Shown here piece after piece: positions 1-12,112 of a DNA stretch of 64,000 nt. The stretch covers positions 9,114,001-9,178,000 of the forward strand of contig OZ024756.1 of the NCBI GenBank assembly GCA_964016885.1, read 5' to 3'. The notes below the pieces were generated by a model that was not told where the DNA came from, ran no database searches, and saw nothing but the letters and a program-made list of their open reading frames with translations. A program made the position numbers and the translations under genes. The DNA is from Eledone cirrhosa (lineage: Eukaryota). Every line of letters starts with the position of its first letter. Position 1 is the first letter of the stretch.

Positions 1-330
1 TTAGTGTTTAGTGTTGGGCTTGTAATCGTCAAGTTGTGAGTTCGAATCTCAGATAATGTAATGCGTCGTGTCCTTGAGCAAGACACTTTATTTCACGTTG
101 CTCCAGTTTACTCAGCTGTAGAAATGAGTTGTGATGTCACTGGTGTCAAGCTGTATTGGTCATTACCTTTCCCTTGGACAACATCAGTGGTGTGGAAAGG
201 GGAGGCTGGTATGCATGGGTGACTGCTGGTCTTCCACAAATAACCTTGCCCGGACAAGTACCTCGGAGGGGAACTTTCTAGGTACAAATCCCATGGTCAT
301 TTGTGACCAAAGGGGGTCTTTACTCTTTAC
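1..330 (+). mobile_element. tRNA-derived SINE, family A (CORE-like body), cut by window edge
   Basis: A/B box-like head (GAGTTCGAATC), body GTCCTTGAGCAAGACACTTTATTTCACGTTGCTCCAG; homologues at 44370-44565, 48551 and 62766. Confidence 0.85.
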
Positions 331-464
331 ATTAAAAAAATATTCTAATTATAAATTATATATTTTCCCTATTTTAAATAATAGACTCCAGTTTCAAAGT
401 TTTAAAAAATTACAAAAATTAAGGATATATAACTGTAGGGATATTTTATGTCTTTCATTATCAT

Positions 465-575
465 TCGAGGTTAACTTTGCCTTTCATCCTTACGGGGTCG
501 ATAAAATAAAGTACCAGTAATGCACTGGATAATTGCTGGCCTTGTGCCAAAAGTAGAAACAATTATTATTATTAT
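465..575 (+). mobile_element. tRNA-SINE family B, 3' half
   Basis: GCCTTTCATCCTTACGGGGTCGATAAAATAAAGTACCAG (Nin/Deu-like domain) and (ATT)n tail; many copies in window. Confidence 0.8.
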
Positions 576-1976
576 TTGTAAATAATATAAAGCATATTTG
601 TTCTTCACTCAAATTAAAAACTAAAGAGGTACAAAAAAAAATCCTTAAATTATATTCACTCAACACATTTGTTTCTTCTTAGTTTTAAATTTAGAGTAAT
701 GTCTTTCTTTTCGTCTGATGAAAGTGTTGAAAATAATAAAAGATGAAATATTTAATAAAGAGACCGTTTAATTAGATGGAAATCCAACAAGATTGAAGTC
801 ATAAAAATGTAAAGTATCAATATATCAGGTTAGTCATTTTATAGAGTTGGTGGCAAGACAAAGTGTTCTTCCCCGGCCGCCATTTTGTGTCTTGTGCTGC
901 CCCTAAAACACAAATACACCGCTGGGCCTCAGTTTATTGAAGCTGGAAACGAGTCGATCTTACTTGACATTTCAACAGCTGATGTAAGGAAGTTTTTACA
1001 AAATAAAAATAAAAAAATTACCAATTGTTCCAACAATTCAAATGTAAAAAAAAAAAAAAAAAAAAAAAATAGAAAAAAAAAAGAAGCTATTGGAACTTTG
1101 AAACTATTGTAATAAAACCAAACTATTGCAGCAATTATACTTAAGATCTACACATGAAATATAACTTCCTTTGTTGGTTTAAAAGCTTGTTAATTAATTA
1201 AAAGAGATGAATCACCGGGGAAAAACTACTTGAATGTAACAGGGCTCTAGGCCCCAACATCAAGTATCTGTTCTGGTCAAGTTAACAATTTTTTTTTTTT
1301 CAAATTTTTTTCCTGAGAGTTTAACATTATCTACAAACCAGTCAGAGATATAGAGTTTAATTCACCATTACTGTCAGATATTTGGTATATGATGCTGGTA
1401 ACAGTCAAAGGAATAACAGGCGGATCCCACTGCTTCAACAACATTCCACTTTAACATCGATGTCAGATGAACTAATCTGGCCTGCAGTCATTAAGTTGAT
1501 GGTTGAATTTTTACAAGAAGCAATAAGAAATGTTGCCTCTAAATAGTAATGTGAAGTCATTGTAGTTATAGGAGGAGAAGTCTCAAGTGGGACAACATTG
1601 AAGATCTTCAGCAAAAGTGGACCTTGGCTAGCTGACTCCAGTCCTGGGTGACAACAGAAAAATAAAAATTGTGTTTCTCGTTAACATTTAAAACAATACA
1701 ATCAGTCTTTTGTCACTTATGGGAAATGAGCAAGTGCATGCATGTATTAGCAAGAGACATGCTGCTCAAGGACACATGCATCCACTTGCATATAACCCCA
1801 AGCAGTGATGGACTTACAAAAGTGGCAACTAGTTTTTTTTTAACAGGTGGCAACCTTACAGAAATCCTAAACTTTTTCTATTTTAGACTAGGTTTTTTTT
1901 TTGTAGCAGTTTTAGCAAGACAGACGCTGCAGATTGCTATGTTATAGTCAATGCTTACCGTAGGTCTGCACCTTAC

Positions 1977-2215
1977 CTCTCCTGACACAGATGGCCTTCA
2001 TGCTGTAAAATCAGATGTCGGGGCAGTTGCTGTTGACAATACTGACACTCGGTTGGCAACTCAGATGCAGCCTTCTCTACAGCCAAATTACGAGAACATG
2101 TTGCTTTAGTAATCTCACAGCGACAGTTTGGACATGTTGCAGTTTCATCTTTTAGTCTTCCATCAGCAAGAAGATGGTTAAAACAACCAGCACACATCAA
2201 GTGACCATTGATGCA
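1977..2215 (-). CDS. CYHR1: CYHR1/ZFTRAF1 second coding exon (rest of RING, start of TRAF-type zinc finger)
   Basis: Polypyrimidine tract + TACAG acceptor, then [35 protein letters not shown]...[19 protein letters not shown]...HLCQE; joins exon 1 in frame (YQ|CING); AG|GTAAGG phase-2 donor. Remaining exons lie left of the window. Confidence 0.95.
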
Positions 2216-2274
2216 CTGTAAAAGAAAAAAAAAAAGAATTTAACAGAATTTAATCATTTTTTTTTTTTTAAATA

Positions 2275-2490
2275 ATTGTTTCTACTCGAGGCACAAGCAA
2301 AACCAGCAATTTGAAGGGGAGGGGGAAGTCGATTAAATTGACCCCAGTGCATTACTGGTACTTAATTTTATCAACCCTGTAAAGATGAATGGTAAAGCTA
2401 ACCTCAGTGTGATTTGAATTCAGATCATAAAGTGCTGTAACTATGCGGCAAAGCATGTTGTCTAACGCTCTACCGATACTGCTAATCCAA
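2275..2490 (-). mobile_element. tRNA-SINE family B
   Basis: Reverse complement of family B from head to GTAGAAACAATT tail. Confidence 0.8.
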
Positions 2491-2731
2491 TGCCATTTTT
2501 TAAAATAATAAATTATATTTCTTGAATTTGGGGTATTATTATAGAACACCCCTCTCCATTTCAGTGGGGAATAATCTGTTTTTCTTTGTGTGCTATCAAC
2601 TAATCTGACCTCCAATATGCTCGCAATTGATGGGTGTTCTATAAATTTACTGAATTTTGTTATATTTATTCCAGTTTATATTCACTTGTGAGACTGAGGG
2701 AAATTTCACGTTTTATACAGGATATATTTTG

Positions 2732-5586
2732 AAGTTTAAGTGTACATAGCTTCCCTGGTATTGTTGTCATAATAAGATGACATCAGTAAATTGCAGGATC
2801 ATATGTCAAGCTTTAAATGTACATAGCTTCCCTGGTATTGTTGTCATGATAAGATGACATCAGTAAATTGCTGGGTCATATGTCAAGCTTTAAATGTACA
2901 TAGCTTCCTTGGTATTGTTGTCATGATAAGATGACATCAGTAAATTGCAAGGTCGTATGTCAAGCTTTAAATGTACATAGCTTCCCTGGTATTGTTGTCA
3001 TGATAAGATGACATCAGTAAATTGCAGGATCATATGTCAAGCTTTAAATGTACATAGCTTCCCTGGTATTGTTGTCATAATAAGATGACATCAGTAAATT
3101 GCAGGATCATATGTCAAGCTTTAAATGTACATAGCTTCCCTGGTATTGTTGTCATGATAAGATGACATCAGTAAATTGCAAGGTCGTATGTCAAGCTTTA
3201 AATGTACATAGCTTCCCTGGTATTGTTGTCATGATAAGATGACATCAGTAAATTGCTGGGTCATATGTCAAGCTTTAAATGTACATAGCTTCCTTGGTAT
3301 TGTTGTCATGATAAGATGACATCAGTAAATTGCAAGGTCGTATGTCAAGCTTTAAATCTACATAGCTTCCCTGGTATTGTTGTCATGATAAGATGACATC
3401 AGTAAATTGCAGGGTCATATGTCAAGCTTTAAATGTACATAGCTTCCTTGGTATTGTTGTCATGATAAGATGACATCAGTAAATTGTAGGGTCGTATGTC
3501 AAGCTTTAAATGTACATAGCTTCCCTGGTATTGTTGTCATGATAAGATGACATCAGTAAATTGCAGGGTCATATGTCAAGCTTTAAATGTACATAGCTTC
3601 CCTGGTATTGTTGTCATGATAAGATGACATCAGTAAATTGTAGGGTCGTATGTCAAGCTTTAAATGTACATAGCTTCCCTGGTATTGTTGTCATGATAAG
3701 ATGACATCAGTAAATTGCTGGGTCATATGTCAAGCTTTAAATGTACATAGCTTCCTTGGTATTGTTGTCATGATAAGATGACATCAGTAAATTGCAAGGT
3801 CATATGTCAAGCTTTAAATGTACATAGCTTCCCTGGTATTGTTGTCATGATAAGATGACATCAGTAAATTGCAGGGTCATATGTCAAGCTTTAAATGTAC
3901 ATAGCTTCCTTGGTATTGTTGTCATGATAAGATGACATCAGTAAATTGTAGGGTCGTATGTCAAGCTTTAAATGTACATAGCTTCCCTGGTATTGTTGTC
4001 ATGATAAGATGACATCAGTAAATTGCAGGGTCATATGTCAAGCTTTAAATGTACATAGCTTCCCTGGTATTGTTGTCATGATAAGATGACATCAGTAAAT
4101 TGTAGGGTCGTATGTCAAGCTTTAAATGTACATAGCTTCCCTGGTATTGTTGTCATGATAAGATGACATCAGTAAATTGCAGGGTCATATGTCAAGCTTT
4201 AAATGTACATAGCTTCCTTGGTATTGTTGTCATGATAAGATGACATCAGTAAATTGTAGGGTCGTATGTCAAGCTTTAAATGTACATAGCTTCCCTGGTA
4301 TTGTTGTCATGATAAGATGACATCAGTAAATTGCAGGGTCATATGTCAAGCTTTAAATGTACATAGCTTCCTTGGTATTGTTGTCATGATAAGATGACAT
4401 CAGTAAATTGTAGGGTCATATGTCAAGCTTTAAATGTACATAGCTTCCTTGGTATTGTTGTCATGATAAGATGACATCAGTAAATTGTAGGGTCGTATGT
4501 CAAGCTTTAAATGTACATAGCTTCCCTGGTATTGTTGTCATGATAAGATGACATCAGTAAATTGCAGGGTCATATGTCAAGCTTTAAATGTACATAGCTT
4601 CCCTGGTATTGTTGTCATGATAAGATGACATCAGTAAATTGCAGGGTCGTATGTCAAGCTTTAAATGTACATAGCTTCCTTGGTATTGTTGTCATGATAA
4701 GATGACATCAGTAAATTGTAGGGTCGTATGTCAAGCTTTAAATGTACATAGCTTCCCTGGTATTGTTGTCATGATAAGATGACATCAGTAAATTGCTGGG
4801 TCATATGTCAAGCTTTAAATGTACATAGCTTCCCTGGTATTGTTGTCATAATAAGATGACATCAGTAAATTGCAGGATCATATGTCAAGCTTTAAATGTA
4901 CATAGCTTCCCTGGTATTGTTGTCATAATAAGATGACATCAGTAAATTGCAGGATCATATGTCAAGCTTTAAATGTACATAGCTTCCCTGGTATTGTTGT
5001 CATGATAAGATGACATCAGTAAATTGCTGGGTCATATGTCAAGCTTTAAATGTACATAGCTTCCTTGGTATTGTTGTCATGATAAGATGACATCAGTAAA
5101 TTGCAAGGTCGTATGTCAAGCTTTAAATGTACATAGCTTCCCTGGTATTGTTGTCATGATAAGATGACATCAGTAAATTGCAGGGTCATATGTCAAGCTT
5201 TAAATGTACATAGCTTCCTTGGTATTGTTGTCATGATAAGATGACATCAGTAAATTGTAGGGTCGTATGTCAAGCTTTAAATGTACATAGCTTCCCTGGT
5301 ATTGTTGTCATGATAAGATGACATCAGTAAATTGCAGGGTCATATGTCAAGCTTTAAATGTACATAGCTTCCCTGGTATTGTTGTCATGATAAGATGACA
5401 TCAGTAAATTGCAGGGTCGTATGTCAAGCTTTAAATGTACATAGCTTCTCCCTGGTATTGTTGTCATGATAAGATGACATCAGTAAATTGCAGGGTCGTA
5501 TGTCAAGCTTTAAATGTACATAGCTTCCCTGGTATTGTTGTCATGATAAGATGACATCAGTAAATTGCAGGGTCGTATGTTAAGCT
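2732..5586. repeat. 77-bp tandem array, ~37 copies
   Basis: Unit AAGCTTTAAATGTACATAGCTTCCCTGGTATTGTTGTCATGATAAGATGACATCAGTAAATTGCAGGGTCATATGTC; period 2821 to 2898. Confidence 0.97.
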
Positions 5587-5643
5587 CCCAACCCACCTGG
5601 AGGTCAGGGGCTCCGTTTCAGTACTGACTGGTTTATCATGACA
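5539..5643. mobile_element. Candidate 105-bp MITE
   Basis: 11-bp inverted termini TGTCATGATAA/TTATCATGACA with TGT on both sides. Confidence 0.45.
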
Positions 5644-5810
5644 TGTCCAACCTTTACTTACAGACAAGCAGACATAAAACAATGGTGATAATGGTCTATA
5701 CCATCAGTAGCCAACCTTTCAGACCTCACGGGCCACTGAATTCATAATTTTAAATCCCCTGGACCACAAATATAAATTTTTTTAAAAAGATAAACACATT
5801 TGTAAAATAA

Positions 5811-5987
5811 TTGTTTCTACTTCAGGCACAAGGGCAGCAATTACCCCAGTGCATTACTGGTACTTTATTTTATCGACCCCGTAAGGATGAAAGGCAAAGT
5901 CAACCTCGGCGGGATTCGAACTCAGATCGTAATGGGACGTAACTATGGTGGAAAGCATGGCGTCCGACCCTCTACCGATACTGCCAA
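5811..5987 (-). mobile_element. tRNA-SINE family B, full length with TSD
   Basis: Flanked by direct repeat CATTTGTAAAATAA (5797-5810 and 5989-6002). Confidence 0.9.
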
Positions 5988-5993
5988 TCATTT

Positions 5994-6795
5994 GTAAAAT
6001 AATGATCAGAGAACTTCTATTTTATTAAACAATACTGAAGTGTACCTGTGTCATATTGTCAATAGGTGATATATAGGTGTAAAATAATGATCAGAGAACT
6101 TCTATTTTAGTAAACAATACTGAAGTGTACCTGTGTCATATTGTCAATAGGTGATATATAGGTGTAAAATAATGATCAGAGAACTTCTATTTTATTAAAC
6201 AATACTGAAGTGTACCTGTGTCATATTGTCAATAGGTGATATATAGGTGTAAAATAATGATCAGAGAACTTCTATTTTAGTAAACAATACTGAAGTGTAC
6301 CTGTGTCATATTGTCAATAGGTGATATATAGGTGTAAAATAATGATCAGAGAACTTCTATTTTATTAAACAATACTGAAGTGTACTTGTGTCATATTGTC
6401 AATAGGTGATATATAGGTGTAAAATAATGATCAGAGAACTTCTATTTTAGTAAACAATACTGAAGTGTACCTGTGTCATATTGTCAATAGGTGATATATA
6501 GGTGTAAAATAATGACCAGGGAACTTCTATTTAATTAAACAATACTGAAGTGTACTTGTGTCATATTGTCAATAGGTGATATATATATATGTAAAATAAT
6601 TGTTTCTACTTTAGGCACAAGGCCAGCAATTACCCAGTTCATTACTGGTACTTTATTTTATCGACCCCGTAAGGATGAAAGGCAAAGTCAACCTCGGCGG
6701 GATGTAAAATAATGATCAGAGAACTTCTATTTTAGTAAACAATACTGATGTGTACCTGTGTCATATTGTCAATAGGTGATACATAGGTGTAAAAT
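5994..6795. repeat. 85-bp tandem array, ~8 copies, interrupted by SINE fragment 6601-6703
   Basis: Period 5994, 6079, 6164. Confidence 0.93.
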
Positions 6796-7041
6796 TCTTT
6801 CATGGATGTTAGTTCTTTACTGAGGAAAAACAATTTTTAAGGGAGTTATAAAATATATTTTAACCAAATATTATTTTTGTTTTATTATTAATAAAACATA
6901 AAAATTGCAAATAATGTCAAAATTTTTCTGCAGACCACCAACATTTTTTCTGCAGACCACTGGTTGGCACCTGCTGATCTACATAACATGGTTTCATTAT
7001 GTTAAAAAAAATCTGACTATGTCTTTCATTTCTTTGCATAG

Positions 7042-7236
7042 TTAACCCTTTAGTTACCAACCCGGCCAAAATCACCAATTTTAAAGGTTTCCAATATAAT
7101 TTTATATAAGAACCTTAAATTAAGTTACTATCTTAGTAATGAAATAATTAATAATTTTAGTAAATCCCTCAAAATTCTTCATTCACTAATTGAAATAGAG
7201 TGTATTTCAATAGAAATATTGTCATGAACAGGTTAA
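7042..7236 (+). mobile_element. TTAA-flanked piggyBac-like MITE
   Basis: TTAACCCTTT...AACAGGTTAA; inverted internal fragments recur at 52425-52515 and 63450-64000. Confidence 0.7.
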
Positions 7237-7319
7237 GGTTGCTAACAGCACAACCGTTGAGCACATGATTCCCATAAAAAGCTACAGCTACACAAATGTA
7301 AACGAGACATGGTATAGTA

Positions 7320-7650
7320 AAGCGGTCACCAACAGGTGATCAGCAGACCACTGGTGGTCCAAAAGAAAGTTTCAGTGGTCCGCAAAAAAGTTTGGACATT
7401 ATTTGCAATTTTTACGTTTTATTAAATTATTAATAAAACGTAAAAATTGCAAATAATGTCCAAAAATATATTTTATAACCGCCCTAAAAAATGTTTTAAT
7501 AGATGAATTTCATATTAGTAAAATGGAAGTTCCCTGATCATTATTTTACAAATATATTTATCTTTTAAAAAAAAATTCATATTAGTGGTCCGTGGGATTT
7601 AAAATTATGAATTTGGAGGTCCATGAGGTCCAAAGGGTTGGCGACTGCTG
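7320..7650 (-). mobile_element. hAT-like MITE, inverted relative to 5702-6976
   Basis: AGCGGTCACCAAC ... GGTTGGCGACTGCTG termini; body is reverse complement of first copy without the array. Confidence 0.7.
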
Positions 7651-9220
7651 ACGGGTGTGTATGATTGTGTGGGGCGATCGGCACCTTACTGGAGGAGTAC
7701 GAAAGGTTTACAGGGGCTAAGCTGAACCGGGACAAGTCGATCGGTCTGCAACTCGGCACGTGGAGGGGCAGATCGATGCCCTCCGATGGCGTCGTCGGGC
7801 GCTGGACAGAGGGCCCGGTGAAGTTGCTCGGGGTCTGGTTCGGACCAGACCTCCAGGTGGAAAAGAACTGGGGTGAGGTAACGAACAGGGTGTTTGCACT
7901 GACCCAGAAGTGGGCCGAGTGCAAACTGTCCCTGAAAGGTCGGACGGAGGTGGCGAACACTTATATAGCGTCCGTCATCTACTACCGCCTGACCGTTGTG
8001 CCTTGCCCAAGGGAAACGCTCGCCAAAATGGAGCGCTTCCAATTCCTTTGGAAGAAGCGGGCTCCTATGGTGAGGAGATCCATCTGCTGTCAACACCCTT
8101 CGAAAGGAGGGCTGGGGATGCCGTGGCTAATGATACGTAAACACGCATTAAGGCTACGGCACCTCCAGGTATTCCTCACCGGTCAACCGGTGTGGGCCCC
8201 GTTTGTGAGGTGAGCCTTTCCCAGACTCGTCTCACTCACCGAGCTGCAATCCTGGGTCAAGCAAAGACCGAGAAAACTGGGCGCCTGGCACACCGAGTGT
8301 GCCCAGGCGCTCACGGCTCTCTGGCAGGCGGACCCGGCTGTCAGTGGAGAATCCACCTCGTCATTCTATAGAGGGCTGGTGGTTAGCAGGTGCGACGACG
8401 CCCTCGGAGAAGCCCTAGGCATGGAGGAAGACGAACTGGCCAACCTGTTCAGTAGGACATTCAGCCCGGAACCCATGGATAACTTCCAGAGGTCCCTGGC
8501 CTGGCAGTGCTACAAAAGGGCTCTGCCCATTCGAGAAAGGCTCTACAGACACGGGCAGGGACCCCTCGAAAAAGATCTGTCCCAGATGCGTGTGCGACGA
8601 GGAAACCGTTGCACACGCATTGGTACACTGCTCGGGCATTGCCGATCTGTGGGGCTATGTCGAACAACTGCTGTCAAGGGTGGGACCGATCCGGTTGACC
8701 ACCGAGTCTATTGTAACGATCAAGCCGCCTCCCCTCTTCAAAAACGAAGGAGAGGCGGTGTTTCTGTGCGTAATAGCCATGGCGAAAGAGGTTGTATGGT
8801 GGACGCGTCTGAAAGGACTGAGGTCAGACACCTTTCTCTCTGGCCAACAACTGGTCCGTTTCTTCCGATATCATTTCGGAAGAAGGATCAGGATGGAGAG
8901 AGAGGTGCTGCACCCCAGCTGTTTTTATGAAAGATGGATGAAAGTGGTGAGAATGGCCCGTGTGAATGGGCCTTCACTCTACATCAGACTATAGGTGAGG
9001 AAGATGAAAGATCAAGGGAGCACCCCCTCTCTGTGCTCCTGAGGAGAAGGGTTGCATACTTTTTTCGGGGGTGTGTGCGACCCCCCAAGGCGCCTCCTCC
9101 CTATTGAGGAATTTTTATATTTTGTTATTGCCTCCTCCTTATTGAGGACGCCTTGTTATGTAAACTCCCCCCATTGTACTTGTCCCACTTTTTGATGCCC
9201 TGGTGGCAAATAAAAAGAAA
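7651..9220 (+). mobile_element. 5'-truncated Tx1/L1-clade LINE (disrupted ORF2 C-terminus and 3' UTR)
   Basis: GAKLNRDKS, KLLGVWFG, LSLKGR, KGGLGMP and zinc-knuckle CDEETVAHALVHC motifs over frameshifted ORFs; GC-rich; ends AATAAAAAGAAA. Confidence 0.9.
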
Positions 9221-10003
9221 ATTATATTAATAAGAGGAATTCCAACTTTGTCTGATTTACTCGTTTTATTTACAATCCTTTAACATTTATAATGGTATTA
9301 TAATGAAATAGTATGATAGAATATTAAATGTTAAGTGTTAATTGAACAAGTACTTTCATGCTTTCGCAATCTTCAGGTTCATAGTGTGTGGTGACAGACA
9401 AGTGTGCAATTTTCATATATTATAACCAAGTAACCTATGGAAATAGAATCCTACACCCAACTAGTTGAGATCAGTATGTATTAATTACGCCTGTCAATAG
9501 AGAAATTAGCAAACACCCGTACTTAAACATGGTGCAACAACTACACTGGGAATAAAATAAAACCAAAAGGAGTCCAGATTTGTCAATATTTATCAAAAAT
9601 TAGACTCGTAAACCAATTTAATTTTGAAGTTGTCTCCCTTGCTCTTGACAATAATTAACATTTTCATCGAATTATTTTTTTCATTTTAATTGATTGTACT
9701 TATGCTTTTGCTCTCTACATTAGTATGATACCCCAGCCTCCACTTAAGGATATATTCTTCATGCAGAAAGCATCCCTGAGGATATTTCCCTGGTTATTGC
9801 CAGTTAAAATTGTATCAGTGACCAGAAGACCAAGGTTAACGTGCTAAGCTGTCAACTGAATGTGAAATCCATTTTAACTAGTCAGTCATATTATCTCCGT
9901 GTATCTACGCTTAGTTTAAATACATTAGCCAACTGAGGAGTCCGTGTATGGTCCCTCAACTTGCAACAGCCAAATCTCAGGAATGATTCAGATAATGTAA
10001 TTC

Positions 10004-10300
10004 AAGCTCCCATGACTTTCGTAGACATTTTTTCACGCTCAGAGTTGCTGAAGCATGGAACAAACTACCTGCGTCAGTTGTTAGCTGTCGAGACACTGCA
10101 TCCTTTAAGACACTCATGCTTCCCGAAATACGCCAAAACTACACCTGATGTACCCCTTCCATACACATGCACACATGTGTGTATCATGACTCATGCACTG
10201 TTCATTTTCCTGACGTTTGTACATTACCCTATGTACTATACATACACTTTTTGATGAGTTGTAGTGCACCTGAGCACTGTACACAATATTTCATTATTAT
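10004..10300 (+). mobile_element. CR1-like LINE 3' fragment
   Basis: Collinear with 21306-21605; (ATT)n tail. Confidence 0.85.
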
Positions 10301-10307
10301 AAGATAA

Positions 10308-10450
10308 CTTTCTTTTTATTTGCATCAAAAGTGGGACAAGTACAAAGGGGGGGAGTTTACATGCAAAGGCGTCCTCAATATGGAGGAGGCAATAACAAGA
10401 TAGAATTATAAGATATCCCCCTAAAAAGATGGGGTGGTTCTGACAGAAGG
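10308..10450 (-). mobile_element. Tx1/L1 3' end fragment
   Basis: Reverse complement of 9120-9220. Confidence 0.8.
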
Positions 10451-10624
10451 TTTTCATTATTGGGTTGGTCGATCGGGACAGGATAAGGAGAAAGATGCCA
10501 TAACTTCTTGTGGAGCTGTAGAGCCACCGTTATATGATGGGGTGTCTAGAGCACTTTTAAACCTGGCGAAGCCCAACCCTCTCCAGGTCTGAACACAGCC
10601 AATGTATTCTATAGAGGAAGACTC

Positions 10625-10935
10625 GACTCCAGTATTGGACTGGTACTTTTATCGACCTCGAAAGGATGAAAGGCAAAGTTGGCCCCGGCGGGATTTGAAC
10701 TGAGAACGGGCAATGAGGCGGGACGAACACCGTAAAGCATTCTATCCGACCTGTTGTTAAAAAAACAAAACAGGTTTTGCGTTCAATATTAGACTTATCA
10801 TCATCATTATCATCATCATTATCATCATCATTGTCGTCGTCATTTTTACGTCCACATTTCCATGCTAGCATGGGTTGGACGGGAATTTTTTGAGGTAACG
10901 TTTTACAGCCGGATGCCCTTCCCAACACTAACCTT
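10625..10935 (-). mobile_element. SINE B fragment plus (GAT)n-tailed RTE-type 3' fragment
   Basis: GGATGAAAGGCAAAG core; (CAT)n-TTTACGTCC-CCATGCTAGCATGGG. Confidence 0.7.
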
Positions 10936-11597
10936 TGTTTCTTTTTCTTTCTTTGTCATTTTTTTACGACACCCACGGTTACGATGTACTTATCATAAAC
11001 AGGACAATTTCTCAGAAGAAGAAAAAGAGAAAAAAAAATGATTTATTTTAAACTCAATAATAAAAAAAAAAATGACAACATTTGTGGTGGTGGTGCAGGT
11101 GAAATCACAACTTAATTCCAGCAATGTTAAGGTGTAGAACAGGTAAACCTAATCTAGATTATTCAACTACAAGAGAATCATATTTTATTACACGCCTCTA
11201 AATTGTTGATTACAGATGTTGCGCATGCGTACTAAAGAGACCCCCAATACAGCTGATTTTCTCTTGTTTAGTGCGTGATAGAATTTACAAAATTAGGGCA
11301 ATCCAGGGCCTCTACAAATATTGCATAAACAATGATTTAAGAATATATACATATATAATCTGGCTCTGAAATGAACTCCGATTAAACTATTTTCATCCGT
11401 TTTTTTTTTTTATTATTTATAAAAAAGAAAATATATCTTATCAACGGGTGTCCTTATGGAGACAATCTGTGTACAGTGTGTGTGTGTGTGTGTGTGTGTT
11501 TTAAATGTCAGTAATATACTTATCTCGATAAATAAGCATTCTGCTGGAATGTTCCCTTTGGGTTATTCTGTGTTTTGTTTTATTTTATATATATAAA

Positions 11598-11870
11598 TCA
11601 TCGTCGTCATCGTTTAACGTCCATTTGCCACGCTAGCATGGGTCGGACGGGCAGTCCCTTAGTGAGAGATCATGTCAGAGGACCTTGATTTGCATACACG
11701 GAGCTGATTTTGGCTTGTTTTCTACAGCCGGATACCCTTCCTAATGCCAACCCCATTTACAGTGTGTGCTGGGTGCTTTTTGTCCTGACACCTACACGAC
11801 CACTTTATAGGAAGGGCTGGGCAGGGGGACAACTTTATGGTGAGGGTTGTGGACTAGGATGAGGGGTTTT
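11598..11870 (-). mobile_element. RTE-tailed retroposon fragment
   Basis: CATCGTTTAACGTCC...GCTAGCATGGG and TTTCTACAGCCGGATACCCTTCCTAA shared with 42170-42530. Confidence 0.7.
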
Positions 11871-11988
11871 TTAATGATAAATATATACAATTTTTCCTGT
11901 AGATAACACAAATGTAAAACAATTTATCTCATACAGCCAGTTATTTCACGTAGAGCAATATCTACATTAACAAAATACGTATAGTTGA

Positions 11989-12053
<65 letters not shown>

Positions 12054-12112
12054 ACTTGTATAATTATATTAGATGTGTGTGTGTGCGTGCGCTTGTATAA
12101 TTATATTAGATA

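Larger units (their letters stand above)
5702..6976 (+). mobile_element. hAT-like MITE with nested SINEs and internal 85-bp array
   Basis: Termini CATCAGTAGCCAACC / GGTTGGCACCTGCTG; body homologous to inverted copy at 7320-7650. Confidence 0.7.

Noticed and set aside
2732-5586. CRISPR-like regular repeat with internal palindrome
   Set aside because: Units are contiguous with no unique spacers, no cas genes, and the context is a eukaryotic intron.
11215-11235. NRF1-like TGCGCATGCG motif
   Set aside because: Single short motif with no supporting context.
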